Source: Piromyces finnis finn (lineage: Eukaryota > Fungi > Neocallimastigomycota). Taken from it: a DNA stretch of 64,000 bases. The DNA is taken from contig MCFH01000015.1 of the NCBI GenBank assembly GCA_002104945.1, positions 682,001 through 746,000 of the forward strand, written 5' to 3'. A model generated the notes under the pieces. That model ran no database searches and was not told the origin of the DNA. It saw nothing but the letters and a program-made list of their open reading frames with translations. Below are positions 63,500 to 64,000 of this stretch, in pieces (the stretch's first letter is position 1; each line of letters opens with the position of its first letter). A program made the translations under genes and the position numbers.

Positions 63500-64000
63500 T
63501 GTAACGCGTATCTATATAAGTATTTAATAATGTGGTAATTAATAAACTTTATATAGATAATAATTTTGATCCCAATAAGTCAATTAATTTTATTTATTAA
63601 AATTTTTAATTATTTTCTATTTAAATTATTTTTTAATAATAAATATTTTTTTTTTTTTTTAAAAGTTAAAAGTTAAAAGTTAATAGTTAATAAAAACACA
63701 ATTTTTTTAATTTTCGATTCAAACCACTTCTATTTATACTTTTTCTAAATCTGATGTGGCTAAATCAAAAATTTTAATTATCTTTCTAGATTGTTCTTTA
63801 AATTAATTAAAAATTGCATAAGATGAATCCCGTGATAAAATTACAAAAAATATTTGATTTTTCGAATAAGTTCTATAAGTTTCTATGAGTCGTAAATTAA
63901 ATTGTTAAATAAATAATCTAAAATAGATTTCGGATCAAGGTGTGAGTCGAACCCGAGTGATCCAGATTAATGTCTTAAATACTAACCATTAAGACAATAT
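63500..64000 (-). mobile_element. LTR-like insertion (family D relative) in the protease region of H, truncated by window end
   Basis: Abrupt switch from PR coding to AT-rich DNA at TGTAAC (63500). Minus-strand TATAAATAGAAG near 63735. Shares motifs with 43967-44397. Confidence 0.7.
63940..63995 (-). other. tRNA-derived A-box/B-box module inside the LTR-D-like sequence
   Basis: GTCTTAATGGTTAGTATTTAAGACATTAATCTGGATCACTCGGGTTCGACTC. TAATGGTTAG and GGTTCGACTC lie at canonical tRNA spacing. Confidence 0.65.

Larger units (their letters stand above)
44402..64000 (-). mobile_element. Host Ty3/Gypsy chromovirus H (family of the intact element), split by five insertions; 5' end beyond window
   Basis: 3' LTR 44402-45017. 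Coding pieces 45018-45306, 58910-61324, 61926-62583 and 63316-63499 are collinear with the intact polyprotein (chromo/IN/RH/RT/PR). Stops and frameshifts near 59554, 59944 and 61140. Confidence 0.88.

Overview
Very AT-rich eukaryotic DNA with short GT-AG introns and long homopolymer and (AAT)n tracts. The gene content and codon style point to an anaerobic gut fungus (Neocallimastigomycota); this is inference, not confirmed. 1-41 kb is host gene territory. It holds a 5'-truncated, probably GPI-anchored LRR-EGF gene built from one-LRR-per-exon 72-bp cassettes with recent cassette duplication, two tandem S8 subtilisins (one with two CBM18/hevein modules), and a cluster of small intronless proteins made of an unrecognised ~12-aa FPxG-P repeat (two intact, one decayed). 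It also holds LINE debris, an intronless DUF1295-like membrane protein, a 4-exon TM-SH3 gene and an 8-exon C2/low-complexity gene. 43-64 kb is a nest of Ty3/Gypsy chromovirus insertions that resolves through five perfect 5-bp TSDs: one intact 1530-aa element sits inside a defective element, which sits inside a third, plus three solo LTRs. Three LTR families share a Tf1-type self-priming module (TATAAATA, 35 nt, GTAATTGTTAT in the LTR; ATAACAATTAC as PBS) and a terminal U3 hairpin. A separate pair of related LTR-like sequences carries a tRNA-derived A/B-box module with a covarying hairpin. All coordinates and alignments were done by eye, without tools.
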